Positions 40,367 through 54,582 of a DNA stretch of 64,000 nucleotides are shown in pieces. How positions within the stretch are numbered: the first letter of the stretch is position 1; every line of letters begins with the position of its first letter. This DNA is from Amphiscolops sp. MND2022 (Eukaryota), in assembly GCA_964187785.1 (NCBI GenBank), contig OZ076409.1, forward strand, positions 7,876,001 to 7,940,000. Reading direction: 5' to 3'. The position numbers were made by a program, and so were the translations under genes. The notes under the pieces were generated by a model, which was not told the DNA's origin, made no database searches, and worked only from the letters and a program-made list of their open reading frames with translations.

Positions 40367-40685
40367 GGATCTCTTTCACTATGTCCCCCCCCCCCCCCTA
40401 TATCACTCGTTACACTATGTCCCCCCTAGAGTAAAAGAATGTTTGAGGCTCATTTATATTCATTTCCTATTGGCTAATCTCTCATGCTATTCTGTCAATC
40501 AATTGATCTCGTCATAACTAACGACACTTTTTATTGGTTCTTATTATCAAAATCCCCGCTCAGCCAATCAGAAAAGTTGTTAGATAAGAGCAGATCTGCG
40601 CTATTAGAATGTGCAATACATGTATTTAATAGCGTTTCACTATGTCCCCCTTTTTGCTGTAGGGGGGATATAGTGAAAGAGATCC
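40367..40685. mobile_element. 319-bp MITE, GG...CC termini, 8-bp TSD (Merlin-like)
   Basis: ATAATTTT|GGATCTCTTTCACTAT...ATAGTGAAAGAGATCC|ATAATTTT. Confidence 0.85.
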
Positions 40686-42631
40686 ATAATTTTCATACGT
40701 TACGTATTTTCGGTTCACCTGGTTCTAAGTGAACCAAAAAACGGAACGCATAAAAATTTTTGAGCTCTCAAACTGTCAAATAATTGAAAACAAACTTTTG
40801 AAAACAATTATGAACGCTGAATTTCAGCTCGTCAATCGTTCAATTTGACAACCTTGCTTGCACACATTCGAGAGTCAAAAAACTTTCACACATCAGAAGT
40901 GCCAACAAAATGACTGGTAAAGATGTCTAGACATTCTCGAAAGGTTTAAAACGTGCTTAGTTGAAGATGTGATAACATAAGGAGAGAATAATTGGCAGAC
41001 AAAAGGAAAGATTATCAGTGCCTTGTTTCAAAAATTTACGATTTTGAAGAGTGAATATTTGGTGTGTATTTAAACTTCGTCATATGCTTTTCAACGATTG
41101 ACAAACACGTTTGTTTTTCCGAAGTTTTATAAAATATCAGTCAGTTAGGAAATCCTTTTTTAGCAACTTTTAGTTTTCTGTCTTCCAGGCAAAATTTTTC
41201 TCCAGGATGTTTTTGCGTAGAAACTGATTAGTGGAGCGAATTGTTTTTTCTGCAAAATTATCATCCAAAAAAGTCGAAATCTAAAACTTTCAAAAGCAAT
41301 TATTTCAAACTTCCTTCACTCATTTTTTGTAGTGGTCCTAACTGAAAAGCAGCAAACTGTTTGGAGTTTTGACTGTTTTTTGTGGAAATACTTGGTTCGT
41401 AAGTAACACATAAACGCGTCTTTTGACTATTTTGAAGTTCGGTTCATCTCAAAATTGTTTCGAACATCTACCAAGTACAGCTTGATGTTTTTAGATCCCC
41501 AATGTGCTACTTTTTGCAGTCCGTTTACATTTCATGAAAATGTTTTTCTGACTTCTCCCCGCGATACTTTATCCTTTCCATGAAGAAGTCGTTCAGCAAT
41601 TTTGGAAGTTACTAAAAATCTATTTCAATATCGGAGATTCCCGTTTCTCGGCTCTGTGAGATTGAAACCTATTTCAAAAACATTTTCTTGAAAATTCGAA
41701 GAAAATTTTGAAAAACTCGGGCTGGGAGCCGACTCAAGTCGTTCTCGGCTTGGTCAGTTCTCGTTCCGTTTCATCTTCATTCATTTTTGGAAAAACTCCA
41801 TCGAAATTGTTAAAAAACGTCTTTTTTTCAACATATTCTATGATTTCCTCCCGCAAAAATTTCAGGCTCCAGCGTGGGTTCGAGCTCACGACCACCTGGC
41901 TGCCCGGCGGACGCACTTCCTACTCAGTAACGGTGATTAAAAAATCCACATACTCTATTACCAGAGTAATAAATCTGGCTGAATTTGTAAACAAAAGTAA
42001 CGCTACACAGATGGTGATGTTCCTCCCACTACACAGAAAACTGTGGGGGCTGAAATTACAAAGTTTTCCTGCAACCATTTTCTGACTGACTGCAACCAGT
42101 TTCTTGGGCAAACAAAACATTTGGTCTTAAAAAATGATACTCGTTCTAATAAATGCCAAAGTGCGGTAACCTACAAATTTTGTAAAATCTAGAAGTGAAA
42201 AAAGATTTTCGAAAAAGTGCATTCTGGGTCTAAAATGTAAAAATGGAAAGAAAAGTATTACACAGTGTAATGAAAACTGTGGTGATCCTTAGGTATCAAA
42301 CTGTTCAAGATATTCAAAATTGTGAGATATGCAATTTGGCCCCTCTGGGTGGTCTTTAGATCGTAAACTCGAAATCTGGGATGAGGGTCAAAAATGGTAA
42401 CAAAATGCGCCAACTTAAACACTTCAGTGCTTTGTTGTTCGGATATCTTAAAGCTGAAGACGATTGCAGATAGAAGACAACTTGCTAGAGCATTTTTGTA
42501 AATTCTTGCAAGATGCTTGCAGAACACAAAAAATTTTTCTTGTAAAGTTCATAATAGTCCATCTATGCATTCTTTCGACTTTGATGTAGGTTACTCGATC
42601 AAACTAAAAACGTTCTGAGACAATCTGTCTT

Positions 42632-43519
42632 CCCGGGTTTCCCGACCAGGCCGATCATAATCTGAGCATATTTTGGCACCAAACAAATCATACAAATTTC
42701 CTTACTATGATCTTGCCATGAGATCTTGCCTGGAATCATATATGGTCCTGAGTATGATCGGCCTGGAATCATATATGGTCCTGAGTATGATCGGCCTGGA
42801 GTCATATATGGTCAAGAGTATGATCAGCCTGGAATCATAATTTTTTTCAAACGCGGGTTAACGTGACATGCAACCCAAACAAAAATTTTCAAATATTGAG
42901 AACAGCCTGCATTATAAGCTGAGAGCAATAGAGCTACATTCGACCTTTTGTATCTGCGAACGATACATTGCAGGTCAGAACTCCGTTAAGCTGTAAGCGG
43001 AGTTAAAGACAAACTATAGTCACTCAATTTGTTCTCAGCCACTACTTAGTTAATAACTAACTCTTTTGTTACAGCAGTACCCACTTTGAAGTGTGATTTT
43101 CGATTATTTGGAAAAAAAATATCATTAATTCAGCAAAAGTTGTCAAAAACTGATGATTGCAACCTTGTTTTCTGTTTGGTGATTGTGTTGGACCTTTGGT
43201 TCAGGAATATCTTGTAATTTCATCAGTGTATGCGTTAAAGGACTACATTATCCTAATTTTCTTTTTATGGCTTCAGACTGACCATACTCTGGGCCATGAA
43301 GGTTTATGGTTCCAGACTGATCATAGACTGAAACATAAATGGCCCAGAATATGGTCAGACTGGAACCATAAACTTTGCTTTTTTATGGAACATGACGTAT
43401 CATAGTCTGGACCATATATGTCCAGAGTATGGTTAGCCTGGAACCATAAACCTTTATGATCCAGAGTATGATCAGCCAGAGTATGATTGACCAGTTTTCG
43501 TATGGGAGGGAAACCCGGG
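42632..43519. mobile_element. CCC...GGG MITE with GATCATA/TATGATC sub-repeats, 2-bp TSD TT
   Basis: TT|CCCGGGTTTCCC...GGGAAACCCGGG|TT; internal 33-bp tandem at ~42729-42838. Confidence 0.8.
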
Positions 43520-44848
43520 TTCTCTTTTCCGTGATCACCTCAACTTCCAGTTAAATTACAACAAAGAGTAAAGCTTGAGTAGGCGCGAAACATTTCACCG
43601 TAATTCTTGGACCTGCTTGTAAAAATAAAGATTGATATGAAAAGACAAGACGCTCGCTGTGCATTGGGATATTTTCCGCCTTCCAATGCGAGAGTTTTTT
43701 TTTCGAACTTCCGCCTCCCCCATAGTATAACGCAATATAGTTCGGGTATAACATCGAAAAGTCGGATATAGCGCAATACTTTCGAACCTCCACTTCCTCC
43801 TTAGTGGAACGAAATACATGGAACGAAACGAATCATGAATGAATAACAAGTAACTGATATAGTCAAGTAACTATATAAAATAGTCAAGTAGTTAAAATAG
43901 TCGAGTGATGGATATCGTAGAGATTTGGCAGAATTTGGAAAAAAACGCATCACAGATCATGATTTTCCTTCCCCATTATATGTGGTCGGAAAATAACAAC
44001 ATCTTCCTCAGTTTGTTTCAATTCATCACGATAAACTTCATCGCAATCATCATTTTCAAAGAAAACCTAAAGAACAAAGGATTGATCTTCCGCTTGAATA
44101 ATATTCGACACACAATTACCTTCTCTAAACATAATGCAGACACACACCATCAATTTGTAGCTAATTTGTTTTCATATCCTTCTATCAAACCTTTCATTCA
44201 ATCATTTCCTTCTTACATCAAGCATCGCTTTTCCTTGATGATTTCCTGAAAAGGTTTCTAAAACACCATCTTTGAATTTAAATTGCTTAGAAGTTGCTTA
44301 CTCCGTCAAAAATAAACTTCTACAAGGCATGTACTCTTAGCGGGATTGTTTTTTCGTTTTTTCCCCCAACAGTTTCTGACTGGAACTACTAGGCTAAGAT
44401 AACATTGATGAAAAATATTTGTTCCATACGAGGATCATAGTATGAAGTATGGGATACGGTAATCGTATGATTATCATGGATTCATTTTCTGTATGGTCTT
44501 TTTATGATTCATACATTACAAATTTTGACTTTTTCGACATATTTAGGTAGAAGGCAAGAAATGACTCCTTGATTTTGGTCCCGTGGTTACTTAGGTCACC
44601 TGGGCGTGTTAACGGGGGTTGAAAAGCAGGTGTACACGGGTTGAAATCTCAGGCTGGGCTCAACTTTTATGTCGACAAAAGTGGATGATACCTAAGGTTC
44701 CCAAATTAGGGTTTTTCGTCACTGTGCAACTTTTTGGAGAATCATTCGAAAATGTTTGGAGAAAACAGCGATTCCAGGGGCGCCAATTGGTCTCCTCTAT
44801 TTCGTTCAACTCATTCGAAAACTGAATGCAACAAAAAGGTCTCTCTTG

Positions 44849-45490
44849 TTTTTTAGTCGGCGCTTCATGAAGTGAAACGCGACTATTATAGTGACTCTTT
44901 TCTTATTTCTTTTTTTTTTCAATCCACGCGAACTGACCAAAATAGTTCTTAAAAGTCCTACGAAATTTTATGGTCCCAAATTGAATCATTTGGCCTAGCG
45001 AACTGAACCAAAAAGGTGTTTCCTCTTTTTCCGCGTAACATACAATACCAGGAGAAACTGAAGGGTCCCAACTTTCAGTTTTTTCGGCATTGTGAGACTT
45101 TTTTTCCGAAAAATGTTTTTCCCCAAAGGGTCCCCGCTTCAGTTTTTTGATGTTTTGCGACAAAATGGATGTTGAAAAATCTCAAATGGTCCCCCCGTTC
45201 AGTTTTTTGGTATTGTGAGACTTTTTGTCGGAAGAAATTTCACGTAAGGGTCCCCCCTTTATTTTTTGATGTATTGCAACAAAGAATGTTTAAAAAATGC
45301 GAAAGGGCCCTCCTTTTAGCGAGCCCCCGGCGCGCCAATTCGGTTCAACTTTTGGGATTTTCGGGTACTATAACAGAATACTCGACACTTGACACTAAGT
45401 TCTTTTGACACTAAGTCCTTTTGACATTAAGTCCTTTTGCTATTTTTGAGTCTTAGATATGGCGCCGACTTATGCCAATCCCGCCTTGTT
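44849..45490 (+). mobile_element. HINE/DINE-1-like copy
   Basis: TTTTAGTCGGCGC start, TAGATATGGCGCCGACTT...CTTGTT end, AAGGGTCCCC repeats. Confidence 0.55.
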
Positions 45491-45562
45491 TCAGCATTTT
45501 GTGACTTTGTTTACAAAAATTCCATCAAAAATCCGTTAGGAACTCTTTCCTTCGGTTATTTC

Positions 45563-46147
45563 GGCACCGCGACAATTCTTACAAACGACATTTCGTACAA
45601 TAGCCAAAAACCCGACATGTCGTACACGGACAATTGGTACAAAAATGAAACCGGACAATTCGTACAAAAAACATTTCGTACAAAAGACATTTCGTACAAA
45701 ATTAAATTGAAAAGATTTGGAAAATAGGTCTCAAACAACAGAATTACTAGCTTTCAGTGCTGTTACAGCCAATATGCATGGAACTTGATTCAATTAAAGA
45801 GGTTAGCATATATGTTGTATGGCTCGGTCACTTCGCTCCCTTCGCCAAGTAGCAACATTGAGGCATGTCCAAATTGCACGTCGCTCCGCTTCGCTTCGCT
45901 CCTGCATTTAGGGCACTAGGGGTATGTGAACATAACTACGTTATAATAATAAGTTGTATAATATAAATTGCACGAAATGTCGGGTTTCGTTTTTGTACGA
46001 AATGTCCGGTTTCCTTTTTGTACGAAATGTCCGGTTTCCTTTTTGTACGAAATGTCGGGTTTCGCTTTTGTACGAAATGTCTGGTTTTGGTTTTTGTACG
46101 AGATGTCGTGTGTACGAAATGTCGTGTGTACGAATTGTCGTGCCCCC
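45563..46147. mobile_element. Mutator/foldback-like MITE with tandem TGTACGAAATGTC arms
   Basis: Inverted arrays GACATTTCGTACA / TGTACGAAATGTC; degenerate 9-bp TSD GGTTATTTC / GATTGTTTC. Confidence 0.7.
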
Positions 46148-48349
46148 GATTGTTTCGATGATTCAAATCTTAAGCATGACTAGCTCAGATGAGCAAACGC
46201 AGAGTGCGGCTGTTTTTGAAACAAAATCCTATCATTGGATCCACACCTAAAATTTTTGAAGTTTAGAAAATTCCTTTTCAGCCTGAAAAGTTCGCCTTTT
46301 GGAATTTTTGGCATTTGGCTTTCTCTATAAACTAATTAGACCCCTTCAACAAAAAACAATTCAACAAAAGAAAGGATTCCACAATAACCGGGAGGTGAGA
46401 ATATGCGAAAAAGGGGCAAAGGTGGTCTAAAAATGCGGCTACTTAAACATCTCAGAGCTTTGTTGTTTGTACATTCTAAAGTTCAATACAATTGCAGATA
46501 AAAGACCACTTTTTTGAACATTTTTTGTAAATTCCTTCAAGACGCTTTCAGGGCACAGAAGCTCGTTTTTGTAAAATTCATACAATAATCCATCTATGCA
46601 TTCTTGTGGACAAAATTCTTTTCAGTTATACAAACGTCTTCTACAGACTGAACCTCCTTATATTTTTCTCAACCCTTCACGCTTTTTTGTAATGGCTGTT
46701 AACCAACTAGAACCAATTCGCAGCTATTCAGCGTTAATTTGACGCATCTTTTCAAAATAGGCTTTGTATGGTAGTACCTTTTTATTAAACCTATATTGTT
46801 GAAAAGAACGCTAGATTCAAACAGTTAACTGTGAAATCAATTCCCATTAAATCTTGAATGCGGAATGTCTCCGATTTTACATCAAAAGTGCGGAATTCGA
46901 CAAAACTTTTTGGTTGTGGCTCGGCAAAGCTAAAACAGATCACTTAGTTAAACAAAAAGAAACGAAATGCATTAAATCCGAAAAACGGACGTCAATACCA
47001 AATAAATTCTGAAAATTTTGTGTCTTCTGAGGATGAAAGCAGAGGAAACAGTTTTCGTCGAAATTTCATTTTCAAACTCTAGTTGCAAAGTCCTTTGAAG
47101 TAGAGTTTAGATCTTTAGGGACATTTTCTAAAACGGAATATTCCAGCTTTTTATAAAGAATTGTTAAAATCTAGTTGTTAAAAACATTATCCACTGTTCA
47201 AGTTCACAAACCAAAAGTTTTGTCATTGTCCGGGAATCGAACTCGAGTAGTTAGGATTTTGAACTTTGTGACAGCCTTCAAGTTGTTTCCTCCCCGGACA
47301 TCATTTTTCCTTGTTATAATTTCAACTTTTTTGCAGAGCAAAACTTTCCTAGCCCAGGAAGAGGTTTTGGGAAACATTAATTTTTACTCCATTTTGTTTG
47401 GTATCGTTATGCGCAATTCGCAGAGTTAGGACTGCCATTGGCCAACGTTCAACTTGAAGAATCAATCGATCTTAAATTCTCTCTCTCTCTCTCTCTTTAT
47501 CTCTCAATCTCTCTCTGCCTGTGTTCTGTGTTAAACACTGCTTGAGCATCGATCTCTGTCTTTCAAACACTGATTTTAAACGGAAGAGAGCTATTTTATG
47601 CACGGACAAACCGCTCACGTATATCTGTTTCGTTACGCTTATGAGCCTAAAACGCTTTTCAAAACACTTCTGAACAAAAATGAGAAGGAGTCAAGGCATT
47701 CAAGTTGGTTGCACCAGAACAGACTTTCGCTGTTAGCGTAGCATATTCGTATTGTTGTTCTACGCAAAAATTAGCTGAGCATATCAGCATATCTGAATTG
47801 CTTCGGTTTATGCGTTGACTTCCAAAGTCCGCATACAACAAAATCTTGAAGCTTCTCAAAACTAGTTTCCAGACGCTTCTTTGATGAGGATAACTTTTCT
47901 GGTGAACTTCCGGCAAATCGGTTTCACAACAAGAGTTTTAGAAAACAACTGTCGATTGAAGTTCGGAATGATATGCAATATTTCATTTTCGCTAGCCAGG
48001 AGATTGGTTCGTTGTCAAAACAACGAAATGATAACTTGCTCGAACGGGTAGTGAACGTTTCGATTCCCTTACACAACTTCCAGTGTCCAATGATAAAAAG
48101 TTGAAAGTTTATTTCGTTAGATGGTAAATCAAATACAACAAGTGTATTATAGAAAGTACAGCATCTAACCAGGACAAAAAACGAGCAATATTGCTCTTTA
48201 AAAATTTTTGCCCTTGAAAGCCACAATCATAGAGGAAATGCCTGAGTGTATTGGGAGAGCTCAGTAAAACATATCAAATAGTTCCTTCCTGTCAAGGATA
48301 TAATTGATTCTTACTTTTTTCCAGGTGCATTTTAACTTTTTGTTTGCTG

Positions 48350-50760
48350 TACCTCTTGATGTCTTCCGGTATCAAACACATCAACTTCAGCCAATAATAA
48401 TCCTTTGTTAAGACATTTTTAGGCTTCTCTCTTTTAGAACAGTTCTCTTTGAAAGAGCTGATAGCAGCCCTTTTCTTTTTTTAGTAGTGTTGTAATCGTG
48501 ATGGTTGTATTTAAACTTCAAAAATTCATTCGGTGATTCTCCACGTAATTGTTTCAATGAAGACTTCATGAATGAACATTTCATACAAATTGCTTAAGCA
48601 ATTAGTACTATAACTTTGAGAAAATGAGTCAGATTTTGTTTTGAAATAAATAGCTCTCAGAATTCTTCTTTGGGCAAAATCAATGCTTCTTAAGGTGGTC
48701 TTCAATGCACTTCCGTATATTATCAGTCCATACCGTATCACAGACTCTGCAAAAGCTTTATAAAACGTAAGGAGATGCTTTTTTGTATATAAATCGCGCA
48801 CTCTATAAATTATTCCGCTAAGCTTGCTCAATTTTTTTGTAACGTAACCGATGTGATATTTAAAGGTGAAATTTTCTTCAAAATAGACGCCAAAATACTT
48901 ACACTGTGGTTTTCGTTCTATTTTTTCTCCCAAAAGACGTAATTCATAGCCAAAACTCCGTCCGAAAGCCATAACTTCACATTTAGTTATATTAACTGAT
49001 AAGAAGTTATTTGAAACCACGTGGATAAGGATTCTATGTCATTATCTAATTGACGCTCACAATTGTGACCTGCATTCAAAATTGTACTATCATCATGTAG
49101 TTGCTGCGTATATCGCAACTTCGCTAGTATCACATTGTTGCGGAAGGTCATTTAATACACTAGAAAAGGGAAAGGACCCAGGATGGAACTTTGAGGAACA
49201 CCAAACTTGATTGGAAGTTTGCTTGACCTAATATTTTTCACTTGAATATAAAAGAAACGATTCTTCAAATAATCTTCCAAAATTTTCAAAAAGGTCCTCT
49301 GAAGCCATAATCTTCAAGTCTTTGATGGAGAATTCTATGATCTATTGAGTCGAAGGCCTTTTGGAAGTCGATAAAACGAGACACTCCGCTTTTTTTCCGA
49401 TCAGTTTTGTCCCGTATGTATTCAGTGATATCTTTAATTGCATGGCAGCACGAAAGTTTTTTCCTGAAACCATATTGATGTTCAGAGAACGAGTCCTTTT
49501 TAGAGAAAAATTAAGTCATTTGTTTCAGCAAAATTGTTTCAAAGATTTTCGAGATTGGGCTCAGAAGATTTATAGGCCTGTAATTCTCAAGTTTGGTGTT
49601 ATCGCCTTTTTTGTACATAGCAACTACTTTAGCAATTTTCAGGGAGTTAGGAAATCGTCGTTCAAGAATGCAATTATTGAAAGCTTCGCATAAATATTTT
49701 TCTATAATAGGTGAACAGCACTTAAGTGTTTTGTTACTGATACCATCATGACCTGTGCTTTTCTTGTTTTTCAGATTTTTAAGTATTTTTCCAATTTCAA
49801 CTTCATCTGTTTGTTTCAAGACCATTGTTTTTTCAATTTTCCTAATTGAAGATTGATATGAGTCTCTTTGAATATCTCCAGCTATTTTTTCGCCAACTGT
49901 TGAGAAAAAAGAATTAAGCTCGTCGGCTGCTAAACTAACCGCTGGGTTATTATGAGTTTTTAGGGTTCGATAGAATGTCTTTGACGATGGATTTTCGCCC
50001 AATTTTTTGAAGTTCGCTTCCCGTTTAGCTTCTCTGATCATCGATGTTATTTTATTTCTGAACTTTCTGTATTTTCCCCCCGCCGCGTTTGATAGCTTGG
50101 ATTCTTTACCCAATTTTTAAATAATTCATCTCGTTTCGAGATGGCATTTTTTAAATTGTTAGTGATCCAATCTGCACTATTCTTTGGTTTGGGATGTGTT
50201 TGGAGTGGTGCGAAACGGTTAACTGTCGACATAATATTTTCAGCACTAAATACCAATTGCTCATCCGCTTTCTTGTTATAGTCTATTCCTTTAAATTTTT
50301 GATCTTGCTCTCTACTGAGGTATCGATGTTGAAATCACCAAATATAATCGTTTCATTATTCAATGTTTTCACGAATAAAAACAGTTTTTCAAATTCCGGC
50401 ATAAATGTGGTCAACCGGCATGTTTGCGGTCTATATATGAGACAAAAATTTATTTTGCTTTTATTAGTGAAGGTAATTTCAACTATAACATACTCTATCG
50501 GTGACTCAAAAGATATTATTCTGTAGCTCAAGTCGGCTCGTACATAAAAACCCACTCCCCCTGCTTTTTCGTTTGTTTGCCTGGGCACAGATTCGAAAGG
50601 ATGATAGTTTTCGATGTCCTCAATTGAATCGTTCTCACTGAGCCAGGTTTCGGTTATCAGTATTAGTGCTGGGTCAGCATGTAGCGTTTTTAACAAAAGG
50701 ATAAGTTCACCGTGATGTTATCTTAAAGATCTTATATTCAAGACAAGAAGAAGGATTTCT
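48350..50760 (-). pseudogene. Non-LTR retrotransposon (CR1/L2-like LINE) ORF2: APE endonuclease plus RT, frameshifted
   Basis: ILITETWL, GGVGFYV, IYRP, IIFGDFNID (APE); KSTGHDGI, AKVVAMYKKGD..ENYRPINLLS, GVPQ, CKYFGV (RT). Confidence 0.9.
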
Positions 50761-51424
50761 CCCTTGCTATCATAAATGTTTTTGTGGCTCTCAACTTTTG
50801 CAATGGGCAACACTTGTATCTTTTGCATGTAAAAGCAACTAACGTCGTTTTTTGTTCGATTAGTTCATTTAAAATGAAACGGAACAAAGTAGTCAATGAC
50901 ATTTGCAGTGAAACAAGATCGTCGAGGCAAAGAATCTTTCTTAAACATCAGTGTTGGAATGATCCAAGTTACGATCAATTCATTTTAAGTAACTGTTATT
51001 GTAAACGCATAATGTCAATGAAGACTGTAAAATTTCCAGCCGAAAAGTGATTGTTGTTCACAAACGAATCATAGAAATTATCTCAATGAAACTTCAAAAT
51101 GTAGCATCGGAACAAAATACTGAGTCAGAGTTGAAAGAGCCATACTATTGCAAACCATTGCTGTATCAGTGCCCTCAATAAGGCCACGGTCTAATAACAC
51201 TTTGATTCGTGCAAAATTTCGATGAATAGACATATAACAGTGATGACTATCGATTGGCATCGGATGCTTCGCACCAAAAAGTGTTTCGCATTAAGTAGCT
51301 TTGTTTTACAGGATGCTCGAAGCTTAAAGGGGAAGACGATAGCGAAATTAAAAGTAGTTTTGACGTTGGTGTGTAGATTTTCGCTTCTGTTGCATTTTGG
51401 TGACATCGATTAAAAACTGTAAAC

Positions 51425-51879
51425 GGTGCCGTTGTAAGTTCACCATGTTTAAGTTCGCCACGTATAAGTTAGCCCGTAAAACTTAGCCACGTTTAAGTTA
51501 GCAACCATATAAGATCGCCACGTTTATTTTCGCCACATTTCAGCTAATGAAAGAATTCCATATCAGCGATTATTTTCACTTGGTTATATTTAGTGGCGAT
51601 TAGCATACTTGTTATATGGCTCGGTCGCTTCGCTCCTTTCGCCAAGTAGCAACATTGAGGCATGGCCATATGGCACGTCGCTCCGCTTCGCTTCGCTCCT
51701 GCATTTAGGGCACTAGGGGTATGTGAACATATCTGACTACGTTATCGTAATTTTGAATGCTCGAATTTGATTGGCCGAAAATGTGGCGAACATATATGGT
51801 GGCTAAATTAAATATGGCTAAGATTTACGGGCTAACTTATATGTGGCGAACTTAAAAGTGGCGAACTTAAACGGACACG
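51425..51879. mobile_element. Mutator/foldback-like MITE with AAGTTCGCCAC arms
   Basis: Inverted arrays AAGTTCGCCAC / GTGGCGAACTT; flanking duplication CTGTAAAC. Confidence 0.75.
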
Positions 51880-53822
51880 CTGTAAACACCAATAATGATT
51901 CATCCAAAATATTATACAGTCCGTGTAATACAATCGACTGCTGTCCTAATCCAGAACCTTTCTGAGACAATTCAGGTTTCGAGTATGCGGGCACATACGC
52001 TTCAATTCCCCCAAAAAAAACTGGTATCCAATTTCAAATGTCTCATAACTGAATTAGTATGGAAAATGCTTAGAATTTATTGGTTTTTCAAGTCAATTTA
52101 AGCAATGTCTGGTTGTCGAAAACTTGTTTGTAGATGCATTTTTTTCTCTGAAAGAACGAATTGCAGCCAGATTTTTGACCTTTTTCCATTCGACTTTTGG
52201 TATTAATGGCTCAATGTTGTACACGCAAACTATCACATTTCTGTTAGCTATAGAATATTTCTCTGATAAAAGCGACCCAGTTATAATTGTGGGATTAGAG
52301 CAGGAAATGATTTTTCTCAAGTCTATGAAAAACTTATATTATCTCTGTAGGATTTTTGACTTTTCGCTCATGATTTGGTGTTTATTAAATTTTAGTTCAT
52401 CAGCAAGGTAGATTTTACGGGGTGATATCGTATAAAAGTAAAGATTACACTAAGTACTTCAAGTACCTCGCACTATTATTTAATGTCAATAATATCGTCT
52501 CTAGTTCCGCGGACAACCAAAATAACCATTCTTAGCTGCTATGAAGCGACCGCGCAACGTATTAATGCAGTGAGACGGCCGCCACCACCTAAACCTATGT
52601 AAGAAAATTCTATTCGGAACGAAACTTTAACATTGAATTTCTCAATACCTATTGCGAATATAAGAAAAATTAAACCACCAAAATGCTCCTTTTCGACCTG
52701 ACTACGTGTTGAGTAAACATTTAAGAACTTTTCAGAAACGAATTTCCACAGAAAAAGCATTAGAAGTCATAAAATACTGTGAATAGAAATTTAGTCAAAT
52801 TACTATGTTAATACATGTGTTTGAGGGTAAGCGAGAGTGAAAACTCCGCCGTGTGCGTGAACAGCATAGAATGCAACTCACCCAAGCGTGTCAGAAAGCG
52901 AAAGGAATGAAAATTAGAACGCGCTGTGAGTGGCTGTACGCGTAGCTAATAAGAAAACGGCCGCCGCACACTTTGAATTAATCCCCCCTCTTAATAGAAA
53001 TAAAAAATCAAAACCCGATTTCTCGAAGATGAAAAAAGATAGCAACAAACGGTTTTCAGCATTCACAAGCCCATCTAAAGGAGAGCTTAAGTTGAGAATA
53101 TGAGCGTTGTGCGACCCCGGGAACCTATCGGGGGGAAGCTTTGAAAATAAGTGCATTTAAAATTTTGACGATTTTCCAAAATTGAGTTTCGTTTAAAAAT
53201 TTCGTGTGATCGCTACAGTTGTCAGAAAATGTTCGGATATGGCCTAAATTAAAGATAAATGGATGCCTTAACTTGTGTTAATTGGAAAATAAATAATATT
53301 CAGTAGTTTTTGAGAACTGAGCCAGCAAACGTTAAAAACAGCCCTAAAATGGCCTAAAAAACCGTTTTTCGCATGTTATCGCTTAGTACTCAACGTGTAA
53401 GCGCACAATAGCCGCCCCCTTCACAGCGTACTTGAGAATTGAAGTGGAGGAGTGAATAGAATAATAAATAGAGTGCTGCGGTGCGCTAGCGAAGAACCCC
53501 AAAGAATTTAAAGTTGTGATTTCTCTCTGCCGATAGGGATGTCGACCTACCAAAATGCTAACCCCCCCCCGCCGCACGTTTTGGGCGATATCGAACTGAA
53601 ACTTTCAGGGTAGACGCACAAGACCCAGGCGCACAGCGTTTAGCAGAAGCGTTTTTCCGAAAAAGGACCTGGTTTTGATATATTGGCCTCCAAAGTTGAA
53701 AGTCCAGACATGAAAATCGGGAAAATGACTATTTTCAGAAAAAGTACTATCAAATTTTGTTGAGAAAAGATAGAGACCTCATCTAAAGTGCAAAATACTC
53801 CTAATGACTTGGGCTAACGTTG

Positions 53823-53829
53823 TATATAA
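53823..53829 (+). promoter_or_regulatory. Candidate LTR TATA box
   Basis: TATATAA followed by GCCCCC; position inference only. Confidence 0.35.
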
Positions 53830-54582
53830 GCCCCCAGCCTGTATCTTTCAAATTGACTGAGTACTAGCACTCCAAAGTTGAGATTTGCGTGAAAACCGAT
53901 GGGTGATTTTTGACTACCAAATTTAAAGGCGTTTTTCACTATGAAGGAGTTGAAATAGAAAGAAAACTATGGAGTAAATTTTTGTAGCCCACGATTTGTA
54001 CTTTCAAATGGTGTACTTGGTTTTTGCCCCCCGTGATCGGAACACCTTGTTTTTGCCCTTAGAATTTGTAACACGAAAATCGACTTTTTTAGATATGAAT
54101 TAAAATCGCCTTTTAGGTCATTGTAAATTGTAGAAAATTGTTTCCTTCAGCCATTTTTAGCTGAAGAGAGTTGTCAGGAACCGCGTGAGAAAAAGAGACC
54201 TGGCAAAAAGTGCAAATGTCAATCAGTAAGCCGAAGTTCAAGTCGTGCTTACAAAAGTGGGAAACACTGAGTCAGTAGCACCACCCCTTAAATTCTATTG
54301 AAAACGAAGTAAAACCATCAGTCATGATTGACAAGGAGGTGGAACTAGGACCGACTCGTGATGAGAAATGTACTTTTGACGAATCTTCAGTCCCGAAGTA
54401 AGGAAAACTGATTTGCTCAACACTTAGTCAGGCCCCCAAAAAGGAAAGATGACAAATTACGGATACGTAAATGACTAAAGTGCCGAAGAAGTAACTTTGG
54501 CCGAAGTGTGTGTCAATTCAGAGACACACACCGTGAGTTACAACCTAGAGAACAGTTTGACTTATTGTTGTGTCGGCGATTT

